Below are positions 1 to 13,453 of a stretch of DNA of 64,000 nucleotides, piece after piece. Both the position numbers and the translations under genes were made by a program. Origin of the DNA: Selaginella moellendorffii (lineage: Eukaryota > Plantae > Lycopodiophyta). Each line of letters starts with the position of its first letter. Within the stretch, counting starts at the first letter, position 1. The DNA is taken from contig NW_003314340.1 in the NCBI RefSeq assembly GCF_000143415.4, forward strand, positions 127,295 to 191,294, given 5' to 3'. The notes under the pieces are model-generated. The model saw only the letters and a list, made by a program, of their open reading frames with translations. It was not told where the DNA came from and made no database searches.

Positions 1-27
1 CAGATGAAAAGCTAGCAGCTGGAAATA

Positions 28-3000
28 ACGTGAGGCCACACGTCATTCACCACTGCATCAGATGTCTTGAGGCTGCATCCTAAGATGGCATGAGGCTACA
101 CACCATCTGTAACCGGACTGCACTCGAGAGCCCAATCGGTGCATGCCAATGTTGCTACTGAATGGCATGTGGCCTCATGCCATTTTCTACTTGGCCTAAA
201 AGACTTACCATTTGAAGCCGAATGGAGGCGTGACAATCGAGGCCGGACTCGTTGGCGAATGTGCACTGTGTGTGCAGCGGATCGTAGCAGCAAGGCTACT
301 CTGCCACTTACAGTTGGAGAGTGGCGCTGAAATCTCCCGGGACGCCAAGTGGGCTGCGTGTGGGTGGCGGAGTGGGTGGTGGAGTTGGCGGCGAAGTTAC
401 AAACTGAGTGTGTCTTGAAGTGGACGCCGATGCACACGAGCGCGATGCAAGCGCGATGCGAGCGCGAGTGTGATGCAAGCGCGAGTGGATGCCGATGCAC
501 ACGAGAAACCTGTAGAGAAGGTAGATGAGCGCGAATGTGAGCGTGATCGTGAGTGCGAGCGCGAGTACGAAGCAAAATGCAAAACCTAACCTCACACGCG
601 CGAAATGTCACGACGGTTGGTAATCCCGCAACATCATCATTCCTCGGACTTGGGCGCCACCATTAATTTCTGGATCGCCGCGCGCATGCATGCACGTGAA
701 ATCCAAAAGAAATCCGTAACGTCATCATTCCTCGGACTGCATGCACGCGAAATCCAAAAGAAAGATCATGATTGGGATATCATTTAATACCCTCGCTATA
801 TTTATACCATGCATGATTGGATATTCCAAAGCATCTTGTATTTCCAAAAATGCCAGATGTTCAGCTAAATAAAGAATGGTATACAATATCCTTCTTGATG
901 ACCCTGCAAAGAAGCATCTCGATCGGACACCACATAAGACCACACGAGCCTTACAATGTTTCAGGGGCATTTGCCATAGATCCGACCGTTATTTTGCTCC
1001 AAGATTCTACAGTTTGGTGTGCATTGACCTTTCCATCGTGCAAAGGGACATCACAATCAGATGTGGGATCACAAGAAACTAACTTCACTAACTCTGGTTT
1101 CACCAAGATCTACGTAAGGAGTTATGAAATGAAAAAACCCTCTCTATTGAAATGTGTTTATGGTCCTAGGGGCATTGTGACATATCAAAGGATTTTGCAT
1201 CAAGTTCTGTATTTGCATGTTTATCAAGCTACTGAATTGCTAAACCCTAAACCCTCCCTAAATATGTGGCAAATGCTGCGTGAAGAAAGATGCCCTTTCT
1301 GGGCAAATGCTGTAAGAGGCAGATGCCGAGCAGTTACACGGCGAATAATCTTGGCGCGGATTGCTGACATGGCATGGCAAAGTTTGAATCACTGACATGG
1401 CACAGCTGGATCGAGGCAAGGACATGATGTGACAAAGTTCAACGTCCGACAACAAAGTCTAGAAGCTACTCAGTTTGAAATTTGTCAGAGGAATTATAAG
1501 ATCTGGTTTGTCAAAGGATTTGATGTGACGTTCAAGTGTGTGGGCTCATGCAATTTTGATCCCAAAAAATGCACCAAAAAATGCTCGGCGTCATCTAGCG
1601 TTATCTCTTGAATGGCGTGGGGCTGCATGCCATTTTAAGGGGCACATAGGAGTATATTCCTAGAATATTCTAACACATGCGAGATTTTTTTGAGTTTTCT
1701 GGAGATCCAACCGTTAGATTGCAACTAGATTTTACAGAATGGTATACAATGTCTTTTTTGATGACCCTGCAAAGAAGCATCTCGATCGGACACCACATAA
1801 GACCACACGAGCCTTACAATGTTTCAGGGGCATTTGCTATAGATCCGACCGTTATTTTGCTCCAAGATTTTACAGTTTGGTGTGCATTGACCTTTCCATC
1901 GACACTGCAAAGGGACATCACAATCAGATGCAGGATCACAAGAAACTAACTTCACTAACTCTGGTTTCACCAAGATTTACGTAAGGAGTTATGAAATGAA
2001 AGGACCCTCTCTATTGAAATGTGTTTATGGTCCTAGGGGCATTGTGACATATCAAAGGATTTTGCATCAAGTTCTGTATTTGCATGTTTATCAAGCTACT
2101 GAATTGCTAAACCCTAAACCCTCCCTAAATATGTGGCAAATGTTGCGTGAAGAAAGATGCCCTTTCTGGGCAAATGCTGTAAGAGGCAGATGCCGAGCAG
2201 ATGTATCTCAGGCTAGCGAAGGGGACAAACGAAAGCTAGCTATAAACATGACGGGATGCAAATAGATTACTAGGCTGGTCCTGCGAAAATCAAAAACCAT
2301 AATTGAAAACATTGAAAATGCAAAAAGAAAGGTTTATAATATTTTTGAATTTTAAGCAACCAAAGGAATGTAAGTAGGGCATGTGTTTGTAAGTTTAAAA
2401 ATGCCTCAACCACTTAAATTCCCAAGTAAATAAAGCTATTTCTATTTTTGGTACAGGTAAACTTTATAGCGTGTGGGCTCATGCAATTTTGAACCCAAAA
2501 ATGCACAAAAAAATGCTCGACTAGCATTATTCTTTGAATGGTGTGTGGCCTTATATTGCCATAAATGGACGTACACACACAGCATAATTATTCCTTTACA
2601 CGGCGAATAATCTTGGTGTGGATCGCTGACATGGCATGGCAAAGTTCGAATCACTGACATGGCACAGCTGGATCGAGGCAAGGACATGATGTGACAAAGT
2701 TCAACGTCCGATAGCAAAGTCTAGAAGTTACTCAGTTTGAAATTTGTTAGAGGAATCATAAGATCTGGTTTGTCAGAGGATTTGATGTGACGTTCAAGCG
2801 TGTGTTATTTTTGAATTCTCGAACTCATTCCTAGGTCTATCATTTTTGTGCGCCGTGTTCTTGGTTTCACTGAGCGCAATGAGCGCTGCTTGTGTAAGCG
2901 GCATTGTGAGCTGTGGTTTATGCGTCTACGAGTGGTTGCGGCATTGCAAGCGCCATTGCGAGCGGCAGTTTATGCGAGTGGCAGTTTGTGCGAGCGGCGC

Positions 3001-3440
3001 TACGAGCAGTTGCGGTGTTGCGAGTGGCGCTACGAGTAGTTGCGGTGTTGCGAGCGGCACTGTCTTTGGTGTGGCTACCGCTTCCTCTTGATATTCGGCA
3101 CTTGTGCTTCCTGGTATGTTCACCATGGAATGGCTTAGGACCACATTTAGAAATGGCATGAGGCCACATGCCATCTTGGGCCCTTGCAATTTCATGGCTA
3201 GCGTATTGTCATGTATGTTTTTACTTGCCTGCAGCTGTGTGTATATCAAGATGGCATGAGGCCTCATGCCATCTTGGGGCCTTGCAAGTTCATCACTAGC
3301 ATATTGCCAATAGTTTCTTTACCTGCCTGTAGCTGTGTGTTTATCAAGATGGCATGAGGCCTCATGCCAATTTTGTGAATGCGGAATTTCACGTGGGTGT
3401 CAATAGCATGTTTGAATAATGGCATGTGGCCTCATGCTAT
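28..3440. repeat. Dispersed palindromic motif ATGGCATGAGGCCTCATGCCAT, including a 98-bp-period tandem array at 3153-3370
   Basis: Copies or variants at 28, 85, 162, 1612, 3153, 3251, 3349, 3419, and at about 5268 and 5323 inside the ORF. Perfect 30-bp palindrome at 3247-3276. Confidence 0.85.
874..2805. repeat. Scrambled local duplication
   Basis: 874-1332 matches 1736-2200; 1334-1540 matches 2596-2805; 1536-1625 matches 2471-2560. Each long copy contains ctaaaccctaaaccct. Confidence 0.9.
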
Positions 3441-3521
3441 TGAGGTTGTTTGGTATGTTATGATTTAGGCCATTCTCCAATCATTTTTTGTATGGTCTTA
3501 ACTTCTTTCTGCACTTTTAGA

Positions 3522-6404
3522 ATGGCCTTCAGAGTTGGGGAAAAGGTTTACATTTTGAATGGTGGGAAGAGAGTTGCAAAAGGGACCCTTGTGTCTATGG
3601 ATCGGAACTTTGTTATACACTGTCAAAGGCTTGGGGAAGGCAATGCTGCTGTATCAGTAGAGACTGTCTTCGATGGGAATGTGGTCCCTATTGAACGAGG
3701 AGAGATGGTCGTCGGGGTAAATGTTGTTGTTGCCTTGAAAAATCTTTAGAAGAAAGCAGATGTTGGGGACAGCGCAAGTGCGACGCATGTTCCCTCCGTG
3801 GATCTTAAGAACTGTGCTACATGGATTCAGTCAAAGGTGTTTCTAAACAACCCCGAGGGGGAGGTGGTAGCTGAGGGCTTAGCCACAGTTGTCGATCCAA
3901 GAGATGCGGTTGCTAATCAAGAATTGGGCTGGGATGATATTGGAGTTGCGATTTTAGAGGTTGTTGACACAGAAGAAAACAGTCTGACTATTGGAAGCAT
4001 TGTGCGGTGGAAATTGAGGCACTTAGTGTTTGAGAATGTGAAGGATTCACAATCAAACACCACTACGACTGATGACAGAACATCTCTTCATGGGAAAAGA
4101 AAGTACACCTTCCTAAAGCGCAGCCAAAGGGATCTGAGCAACGAACCGAAAAGGCAGAAAATGGTGATGGAGGTTGGAATGGTCTCGACAGTTGCTTGTT
4201 GCAAGAGGAGGTGCTGTCAACATGCTGATTGGGATGCTATTGAAGAGGAGAGAGCAAGATACAAGACATTGTCTTGGAAGGCAGCTCGCAATTTTGTGTA
4301 TGAGGCATTACGGTCATCTGTTGATGCTTCAGAACATCAGGTGGGGCGCATGGTCTTCCAGAGGGGTTTGGTCTGCATGAAGGCATGGAGAATCATTTAT
4401 GGAGTCCCTCGAACCACATTCTACAGAATCAAAACTGAGTTCGAGGAACAAAGGGTTCAACAGGCAGTCCATGGGAACAACGGTACGCACAAAACCAGGG
4501 GTCATGTTGTATATGGAGAGGCAATCTTCAAGAGGTTTGTCGAGACATGTAGCGAACAGCAACCACATAAAACCCGCCTCTTGGAAGATGGAACACGAGA
4601 CACCTAACGAGTTCTCCCTTCCATGTATACCAAGGGGGCCATATTAGAAGATGTGAATCGGGAACTCCAGAGTAATGGCTACAGAAAGTTGAGCCAATCT
4701 AGATTTAGTAGATTGTGGAGCAACAGGTTCAGGGATGTGAGTATAGGAAAGTACTCCAGCTTTTCAAAGTGTGATGAGTGCACTGTTATCAAAATGGCTT
4801 TGTCAAAGAATTCTTGCATCGCTCAAGAGCGAGAGACGTTGGTTAGAAGGCGGCTCGACCACAACATCGAGAAGAGAAGTTGCAGGACTGCATATTATCA
4901 TAACAGGATTCTCTCCATGGAGAGACCTGACTCTTACCTCTGCATCATCCACGACAAAATGGACCAGAAAAAGACGTGTTTACCTCGACTCAATCCTGCC
5001 CCCAAGGCAATCTCTTCATCCATGCAGCTGCCTGTGTCTCTATTTGGCATAATCGCTCATGGGCATGGTGCCCAGAACTATGGGAACTTCTTTGTACCTC
5101 TATGGGGTGGCAGGGGTGCAAACATGATGATTGCGTCCCTAGCAAAACACTTAAGGTCTTTGCAAAGTGCGCAGACTGAGCTGAACGGCCAACCCTTGCA
5201 TAAGGCCCTTGTCGATCGAACCCCATATAGGGTTCAGCTGGAGGAGGAGCAAAGGCTTGCAGTATCGTGTGGGGCCCCATGCCATCCCAGTGAATATGTT
5301 GGTCGTCAGATGGTAGGGTTATCACGTGAGGCCTCATGCCATTCCGACGAGGCTGGTCGCCTGGTGAATGCACAGCCTCATCCAAACGAAGCAGAATCTC
5401 AAGGAAGTTCTTGCGGCCGATGTGGCCTTCCACCCCATCTTCTGCTCCAAACAGACAATGCTGGCAGTGAGAACAAAAACATATACGTCTTCGCGTACTT
5501 GGCGATGCTTGTTGCCAAAGGCATATTTGAAATGGTTACACTTGGCTTTCTCATGGTTGGGCACACTCATGAAGACGTCGATGCCATGTTCAGTCACTTG
5601 GCAGAGTCCCTCCGGCGATCCAATGTCCGCACCCTCCCACAACTCTACGATGAATTCCAAAATTGCATCAAAGGCACTGTTGAAGCTGCACTTGTGACAG
5701 AGGTTCCAGACTTTAAGGGGTTTGTAAGAGGCTACATCAGGGACGGATCCGAAACGCTGATTGGCCACTCCAAGCCTCTTCAGTTTCATTTCAGCATGCG
5801 TGACGGTGCTCCAGTGATGAGGTACAAGATGAGAGAATGGGACACAGTGTGGCTGCCAGTGGACGGCATTGAACTCTTCAAGAGAAATCCCATAACTGGG
5901 GAACCTATGATTCCTCAGGGTTCCCCATGGCCGATGCACCCAGATGGACTCAAAGACCAGGAAAGTATAGTGGCCGAGATTAGACAGCATATTGCCTTCT
6001 GGAAGAGGGGGTTGGTGTTTGGTGGAGAATCCTATTTTCAGAGGTGCAAGCCTTTGCTCGAATACTGGGAGAAGATTATATCTGCTATCCAAAATGGGCC
6101 GGTTGTATATGAAGAATTGGAAGAGTCCTTTTGGCCAGAACCCAAAGCACCAGATAGTAGCGGAACAATGTCCTCTGGAAATGCAGTGACAGATAACGAT
6201 GTTGAGGATCACTATTGTGGGCTGAGGAACAAGAAGCCGGATTCAGCATTCAATCCAGTACAGGTCTGCAAAGGAATGGTCATGCTTGTCAAACCCAGTA
6301 ATAAAAAACAAATGATATGGGTGGGGCGCTGCATCACTGATGCAGAGGAGGACGCGGAAACTAACTCTTTCAATGTAACTTCAGATTCGGCTTATTCACC
6401 TTGA
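3522..6404 (+). pseudogene. DNA-transposon DDE-type transposase (DUF7869/Sola-like), one reading frame broken by two stops
   Basis: ORFs 3450-3749, 3798-4607 and 4623-6404 share one frame, with TAG at 3747 and TAA at 4605. Motifs CCKRRC, CDEC, HDKMDQ, QTDNAGSENKN and FLMVGHTHEDVDAMFS. The family name comes from motif recognition only. Confidence 0.75.
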
Positions 6405-7276
6405 CAATGAGATTTATTATACAACCAGATGGACTCAGTCTGGACACAAAGTCACCGCGCTAGTCACCATGCCCTAGATATGTCTAGCCCCTGGACAAAA
6501 AACATATAATTTCACGTCATTTTCAAATACTTGAAAATTTGTACTTAGTCCCATTTTACTGAATAAATCCCACTTTAACGAAATAGAGCTTGCATACCTT
6601 CAACCAATGTCACTCAAGCTTGCACGACGTGGCGGAAGAGAGCTTCGGCTGTGAGAAGAGCGGCATCGAGCACCGGCTGGAGGGTATTACCCAAAGCTTT
6701 CTTGCTGATTCAAACAAGCGATTCCCTGGCCCACGGCAGGAGAGATTCAGCCTGGGTAGAGCTCAGAGATTCGACAGCAGCTTGGAGTACCCTATGAGCA
6801 CCCAGGTACGAGCGAGGATCGTCCAGAAACCTCTCGGCTCCACCACCCCCACAAGATCGTCAAGCTAAACACATGGAATACTTTTTAGGAGTTCCAGTGG
6901 ATAATCTCTCAAGATCTGTAGGGATCTTAAATTCAAATAAAATTTTAATATTTCTATATATAGTTTTTTAAATCTAATTTATTATAAATAATTTAAAAAT
7001 ATATAGGTATATTATTTTAGAAAACAGTAATAGTAATTTTTGATTACCAAAAATAAGAATAAAAATTTAAAATAATTCAGAAATATATATATATGAATCA
7101 AATAAAACCTCTAAATAAAAACTATAAAAAATTCATTAAAAATGATCTTTATAGTAAAAGAGCATGGTATTTAATCTTTTTTTAATTTTTAGTATGTTTT
7201 TAAGATCATGTATATTTTTAGAAAATTTATACACTAAATAAATAACATATTTATATTAAATGAAAATAATTGGTAT

Positions 7277-10200
7277 TGTGAGGGCCAAATATATAATTAC
7301 AATGCCGTATACTAATATTAATGTAGTGGGATTTTGGTAGCCGTCAAATTGGTTTCAATCCAGACCACTTACTCTTTTATATAAGCTAGGGTTTTTAGGC
7401 TAATTGATATACATATTTTCTGTATTCCCTTTCTATATTCTAAGCATTCACATTGGTGGAGGTGAGAGGCACCTTTTTATTGTCCTTGAGAAGTGTTTGA
7501 ATTTGGGATTTTAATTTAAATCTAGCTTTTGTAGATTTAGTTTTTTCCATTTCCTTTCTTTTGTTCTTTCCTTTTAAGAGTTTTGTTTTGATCTAGCTTT
7601 TTATATTGTTTAGATCTCCCTTTCCTTCTAGCTTTTTGTCATTTCTCTTCTTTTACTTTTTCCTTTTCATTCATCTTCATGGCAAATCAGCAATCTCCTC
7701 CTTTGACTCTAGAGTAGTAGTTACAATTGCTTGATGTTATGCACTTGCAATTGAACAATCAAACTCAGTTGATGGTGGCATTTATGGCATGTGGTCCAAC
7801 TTCTCTTGCTCTTGGTGCCAATCCTCACGTTCAGCCAAAGTTCTTTCATGGGAATCCTAGGGATGATGTATACCATTGGTTCAATCACTTTATGGTGATT
7901 GCTTGATATCATTCTTGGGATGATGCTCGATGTTTGCGTGAGTTTCCCATGTGTCTCCAAGGGACGGTGCTACAGCGGTACAATGGTTTGAATGCAGCCA
8001 CTCATGGGGATTGGAATGTTCTCCTAGACATCTTCAAACACGCATTCGAACATGCTGATGATTGTGATGATGCCTTCCAGCAATTGCATCATCTTCGTCA
8101 AGGGCCATATGAGTTGGTGATAGAATTTGGCGTTTGTTTCCAAAGCCTTTTACTTCGTACGGAGCCAAATATGTTGAAGCGGATCAAGCTAGGAATGTTG
8201 TGCCCAACACTTCGTCAAGATCTTGTCAAACTTGTGCATGCACTTGCTCCAGCCACCCTTGACAATACTCTTCGCTTGGCACAACATTATGAGACATCAC
8301 CTCTTCCACTTCTCGTTGCACGTCCTTCCGCTCTACTTCATGTGGGTGATGGTCCTGTTCCAATGGAGGTTGATGCTGTTGCTGCTTGAGTCCAAGGACA
8401 AGGACGAGGACATGGTCATGGCCGTGACATTCGCTGTTGAGCATGTGATGAAGTTAGTCACATTTATTGGTGTTGTCGGCATTTTCCGGATTGGCAACCT
8501 CCATTTCCTAGATGGAGATCTTGGCATCAACAACATCCTATTGGTGCTGCTATAGTGGAAGGTCTGGACACTGAGATGCATACGGGAAATGAGGAATTGC
8601 ACAAGTAACTAAGGGACCTTGCGCAAATAAGTCCGTGACCCCTCTATTTTTCTTTCAGGAATATCATCAAGGGGTTCATTTGGCACTAGTTCATACAATG
8701 TTTACTTTCCAAGCTCGTTTTTATAACAAAATATCTCATATTATTCTCTTTGTGTTTGTTAATATAGGTACAAGTTTATCTTCTATTACTTGATCTATTG
8801 CCATACGTTACCATCTACACTTGCGTCATGTGGTAGAACCAATTTTCATTCTTTATGGTAATAGTTGTACACATGCATGTGCACGGGATGAGGCAGACCT
8901 AGTTGTGTATGTGGGTGACCTCAAGCTTGGGTTGCAGTCATTGCGGGTGGTGCCAAGTCAAGCTTTTCACCTTATCCTTGGTATGGATTGGTTATAGCAT
9001 AATTATGCTAAGTGTGACTTTGAGGCTTTTCCCCCTTGTCTCATATTTCCTTATGTTTCATCCATTCCTCTCACTTCCGTACTTCTTTGTCCCTTTACTT
9101 CTACCTCTGCTTCCATTATTTTTGTTCAACCACTATTTCCTCCTATGTTTCCGTTTTGTTCTGCTCTTCCCTTTTTCGATCCCTTTAACAATCTTTGTGT
9201 TATAGTGGTTGACCGGCTCATGAAGGAGTATTCTGATCTCTTTGAATTTGACCTCTCGTCTGGGGCCAAGATTGCCACACATCATCTGATTCCAACTGGG
9301 GATGCTCGTCCAATCAAGGTTTCTGTTCATCGTTGGTCACCCAAGGAGATCAAGATTTTATATGCAAACATCAAGGAGATGTTGAAGAAGGGTGTTATTT
9401 GGAAGTTGCGGAATCATTGGGCATGTGAACCTCATCTTGTGATAAAGCCTGATGGAAGTATTCATTTTTGCATCGACTATCGTCCGTTAAACGAAGTGAC
9501 GATCCCGGATGTGTACCCTCTTCCTTACACTGTTGATCTCTTGGATTGTTTGGGGCAAAGCCATTACTTCACCAAACTCGATTTTGCTTCTTGCTTTTGT
9601 AAAGTTCTATTGGTGCTTGACCATATAAACTTTTATATGGTCATGATCCAATATTGGGTTTACCTTTGTGATTGTCATAAGTTACTAATGCTAGGTCGTG
9701 GGATTAGTATTTGACAAGCATTCTTTCACTTGTCCGAGCAAAGTCTGCCAAACACTTAGATTGCGTACAAGTGGGACAACAACGACACTATAACTCCTAT
9801 CATTGTCCACCTATGAAGTACAAAGTGGATGACTTGGTGTTAGTCTTTTTTCCCCATCTTACGGTATATGGTTTATCTAAGGGGCTCCTTGCTCAGTGGA
9901 AAGGACCATATTGGGTGTTACAGCAAGTTGGACCACAAGTTTATGAGGTTTGGCATGATGTTCAGCAGGCCGATCCTTTAGAGATTGTGCATGTGTAGCA
10001 ATTGAAACATTTTATACCAAGGGATCATGAGCAGTTAATACCACATACAAATCCACCGATGCCTCCTTCTGATGTTCCTCCTGATCTTGGCCCATCTACA
10101 AAAGAACCCTAATGGTCTTCCATTATTCCATTATTCCATTATTCCGACTCCTTCGGTTTTGGCATATCCTGACTACACTTAACCTTTTATTTTGCATGTG

Positions 10201-12250
10201 GATGCTTCTGATATTAGTTTTGGAGGTGTGTTAATGCAAGAGAGCCCGAGTGTGCCTGGTCAGAACCATCCTATTGCATATATAAGCTATACATTACAAC
10301 CAGCAAAGGTGAATTATTCTATGATAGAGAAGGAGTGTTTAGTAGTAGTCTAGGCTTTCAAGAAATTTCATGCATATCTCAATGGTTCCTAGATGTTACT
10401 TAAAGGTGATCATATTGCTGTTACTTCATTATTAAAGCGAAAGAACTTGGTTAGTCATACTGCTTGGTGGGTTTTAAAGCTTCAAATATATGATTTTGAT
10501 GTTGTTCATTGCCCAAGGAATTCTATGGCTGATGCTAATGCCCTTTTTTAAGCTCCTCTTCCTTCTCCACTCTTTTCTCATATTTTTGATGAGTATATTG
10601 TTCCAGCATCTGTGGATTTTTTAGATGAGGATTCTGTGCTGTCAGTGGTTGTTGTACTTGATGTTTAGTGTTCATAAGGCGCAGAGCAAGATCTACCTTC
10701 TCTTAATGAGGTTCGTGAGGCTCAAAAGATTGAGCCGTGGATTCGAAGGCTTCGAGATGAGTTTGAGAATCCTGTATCACTTGCTGATAACTTGCCATTC
10801 TAGAATTTATATTCTCAATATCACCTTGAGGATGGCCTTCTTTATTTTGTGGGGATGGATCCTGATGATTCTTTATGGTTGGTGGTGCGTTCTATCTTAT
10901 TCCACATGTTCTCCATGCCTACCATGATTCTCCTATTCTAGGTGGCATATGGGACATTGACGTGTCACCGAGAAGCTACACAGGTCTTTCTATGACATGG
11001 TGTTATCTGGTATATGTGTAACTGCATTTGGTGCCAAGCCCGTAATACTTTCCCTCGTGCCTCGGAAAGACGGTTGGAGTCAATTGTAATTTCCCGTCCA
11101 TTTGAGTTGGTGGCATTTGATCTTATGGGACCTTTTCCACGATCGACTGCTGGCAATGAGTATATTATTATTGCTTTTGATTACCTAATTCATTGAGTGG
11201 AAGTTGGTGCTCTTGCTAAGGCCTCTGCAATTGCTGTTGAATATTTCCTCCTCAATCAAGTAGTGTTCTAGCATTCTTGTCCAAAGTGGATTCTTTCGGA
11301 TAATGGTCCCACATTTATGGTTGAGGCATTTCATGTTTTGTTGTCTTGGTTGGGGATACGCCACACTTTCATGAGTGTTTATCATCCACAATCAGATGGT
11401 TTGGTGGAATTACTTGTTCAAACATTCAAAGGAATGATCACAAAGTACGTGAACTTTCAGCATTTAGATTAGGATAGCTATTTGTTATCTCTTCAGTATG
11501 CATATGTCACAGGGGTGCAGAGTTCTATTGGTGCTTCACCATATAAACTTTTATATGGTCATGATCCAATATTACTAATGGAGTTAGGTTTATCTTCGCG
11601 ATTGCCACAAGCTACTAATGCTAGGTCGTGGGATTAGTATTTGATGAGCATTCTTTCACTTGTCCGAGCAAAGTTTGCCAAACATTTAGATTGCGTACAA
11701 GTGGGACAACAACAGCACTATAACTCCTATCATTGTCCACCTATAGAGTACAAAGTGGATGACTTGGTGTTAGTCTTTTTTCCCCATCTTACGGTATATG
11801 GTTTATCTAAGGGGCTCCTTGCTCAGTGGAAAGGACCATATTGGGTGTTACAGCAAGTTGGACCACAAGTTTATGAGGTTTGGCATGATGTTCAACAGGC
11901 CGATCCTTTAGAGATTGTGCATGTGCAGCAGTTGAAACACTTTATACTAAGGGATCATGAGTAGTTAATATCACATACAAATCCAACGATGCCTCCTTCT
12001 GATGTTCCTCCTAATCTCAACCCATCTACAAGAGAACCCTAATGGTCTTCCATTATTCCGAGAGGAGGGGATGATGTGAGGGCTAAGTGTACGCCTACGA
12101 TGCCATATACTAATATTAGCATAATGAGATTTTGGTAGCCGTCGGATTGGTTTCAATCTGAACCACTCACTCCTGTATATAAGTTAGGGTTTTTGGGCTA
12201 ATTGATATGCACATTTTCTGTATTCCCTTTCCATATTCCAAGCACTCACA
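7277..12250 (+). mobile_element. Degenerate Ty3/gypsy LTR retrotransposon with 176-bp LTRs
   Basis: LTRs 7277-7452 and 12075-12250 (TG..CA). PBS tggtggaggtg (tRNA-Ala-like) at 7454. PPT agaggagggg at about 12061. Gag relic (PVPMEVD), RT (KPDGSIHFCIDYRPLN), RNase H and integrase (DLMGPFP, WKGPY) fragments with many stops. Confidence 0.9.
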
Positions 12251-13088
12251 ATATTTGAATATACCATTTTGGTTTGCAATTATAGATGGAAGTGTTTTAG
12301 AATATTCTAAATATATTATCTTTTAAACCACCAATTTTGGAAGAAACATTACAACATTTTCACTAGTGAGCAATAAGTAGCATCCTTGACAATTCAACAA
12401 GTTAAGTTAATCATCTATTGTGGTGCATAATGTAATTAGGAGATAGGAGAGATTGATTTCTTTCATATATGTTTTAGTGCTTTAGATTGTGATCTCTCAA
12501 TCCATATTTCTCTTGTGCTTAAGTGTGGCTTTTATACAAGAGTGATAGAATATTTTAGGATTATAATATTTTTAAAGATTTTTCATCTCATTTCTTTAGT
12601 AAAACATTAGAATTAGAGAGTTGTTATGATAAGTGAGGATAGTGGGATGATAGAGTTTGTGTGTGGGGATACTAGTGTGTTTATGTTATTATATATGTAC
12701 TTCCATGCATTTATGCTTTTGTAGTTTTTTTTTTATAGTCATAGAATATTCTAGAATCATATTATTCCTAGTATTTAGGCATCTTATTTCTTTTATAAAT
12801 CATTAGAATTAGGGATTTGGATATGATAAATGAAAATATAGTGGGATGGTATAGTTTGTGTATAATAAAATAATATAGCTTTAGAAAAGATAGGTTATTA
12901 TAAGTTTTGCCTTTTCTAAGGGACTCAATCTTATAAAAATATTCATGACAACTATGAGATAACTAAGCAAAAGTTTGGTATAATTGATTTTAATAGTGGA
13001 AGTTAACTTCTTGAAATTTTTAGTTGGGTTAAATATATCCCTTAAGGAATAAATTGCTTATATTACAATATAGGAATCAATGTAAAAA

Positions 13089-13188
13089 NNNNNNNNNNNN
13101 NNNNNNNNNNNNNNNNNNNNNNNNNNNNNNNNNNNNNNNNNNNNNNNNNNNNNNNNNNNNNNNNNNNNNNNNNNNNNNNNNNNNNNNN
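13089..13188. other. Assembly gap (100 N)
   Basis: Run of N. Confidence 1.
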
Positions 13189-13270
13189 AAGTCCAAATCC
13201 AGGAGCTTACATTTGGTATCAGAGCGGTCTCGGGTTCGATTCCGTTGGTTGGCTAAGGGGAATTCCACCA
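13189..13270 (+). mobile_element. 3' end of a 5S-type LTR plus tRNA-iMet PBS and leader (left arm, cut by the gap)
   Basis: aagtcc...gcttaca (ends 13211), then tt, then tggtatcagagc (13214-13225). Inverted copy of 13409-13490. Confidence 0.8.
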
Positions 13271-13453
13271 CACTTCCCTGCAAGTTCACGCCCTCGTGAA
13301 CGAAAGTTGAGAGCCGCAGCTCTCCTGAGAGCCCTGCTCTCTTGACACCCTACCCCTCGGGTCGAGCCCAGCGGGAGCAAACTAGACCTCCCAGATGTCA
13401 ATCAACATGTGGTGTGATTCCCTTAGCCAACCAACAGAGTCGGACCTGAGACC

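Noticed and set aside
817-2265. ORFs 817-1395, 1677-1949 and 1996-2265
   Set aside because: They fall in duplicated sequence, the frame is not preserved between copies and there is no recognisable domain.
3153-3440. CRISPR-like palindrome-spacer array
   Set aside because: The spacers are homologous to each other (tandem repeat), the context is eukaryotic and there are no cas genes.
6590-6868. GC-richer 92-aa ORF, and similar short ORFs at 36142-36811
   Set aside because: Possibly gene fragments, but I cannot recognise a family.
7272-12255. TSD for the short-LTR element
   Set aside because: Flanks ggtat and atatt do not match cleanly, so no TSD is claimed.
13277-13330. Hammerhead ribozyme (stem followed by GAAA)
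   Set aside because: The core reads CTGCAA rather than CTGANGA, and no stem III/UH pairing follows GAAA. At most a decayed relic.
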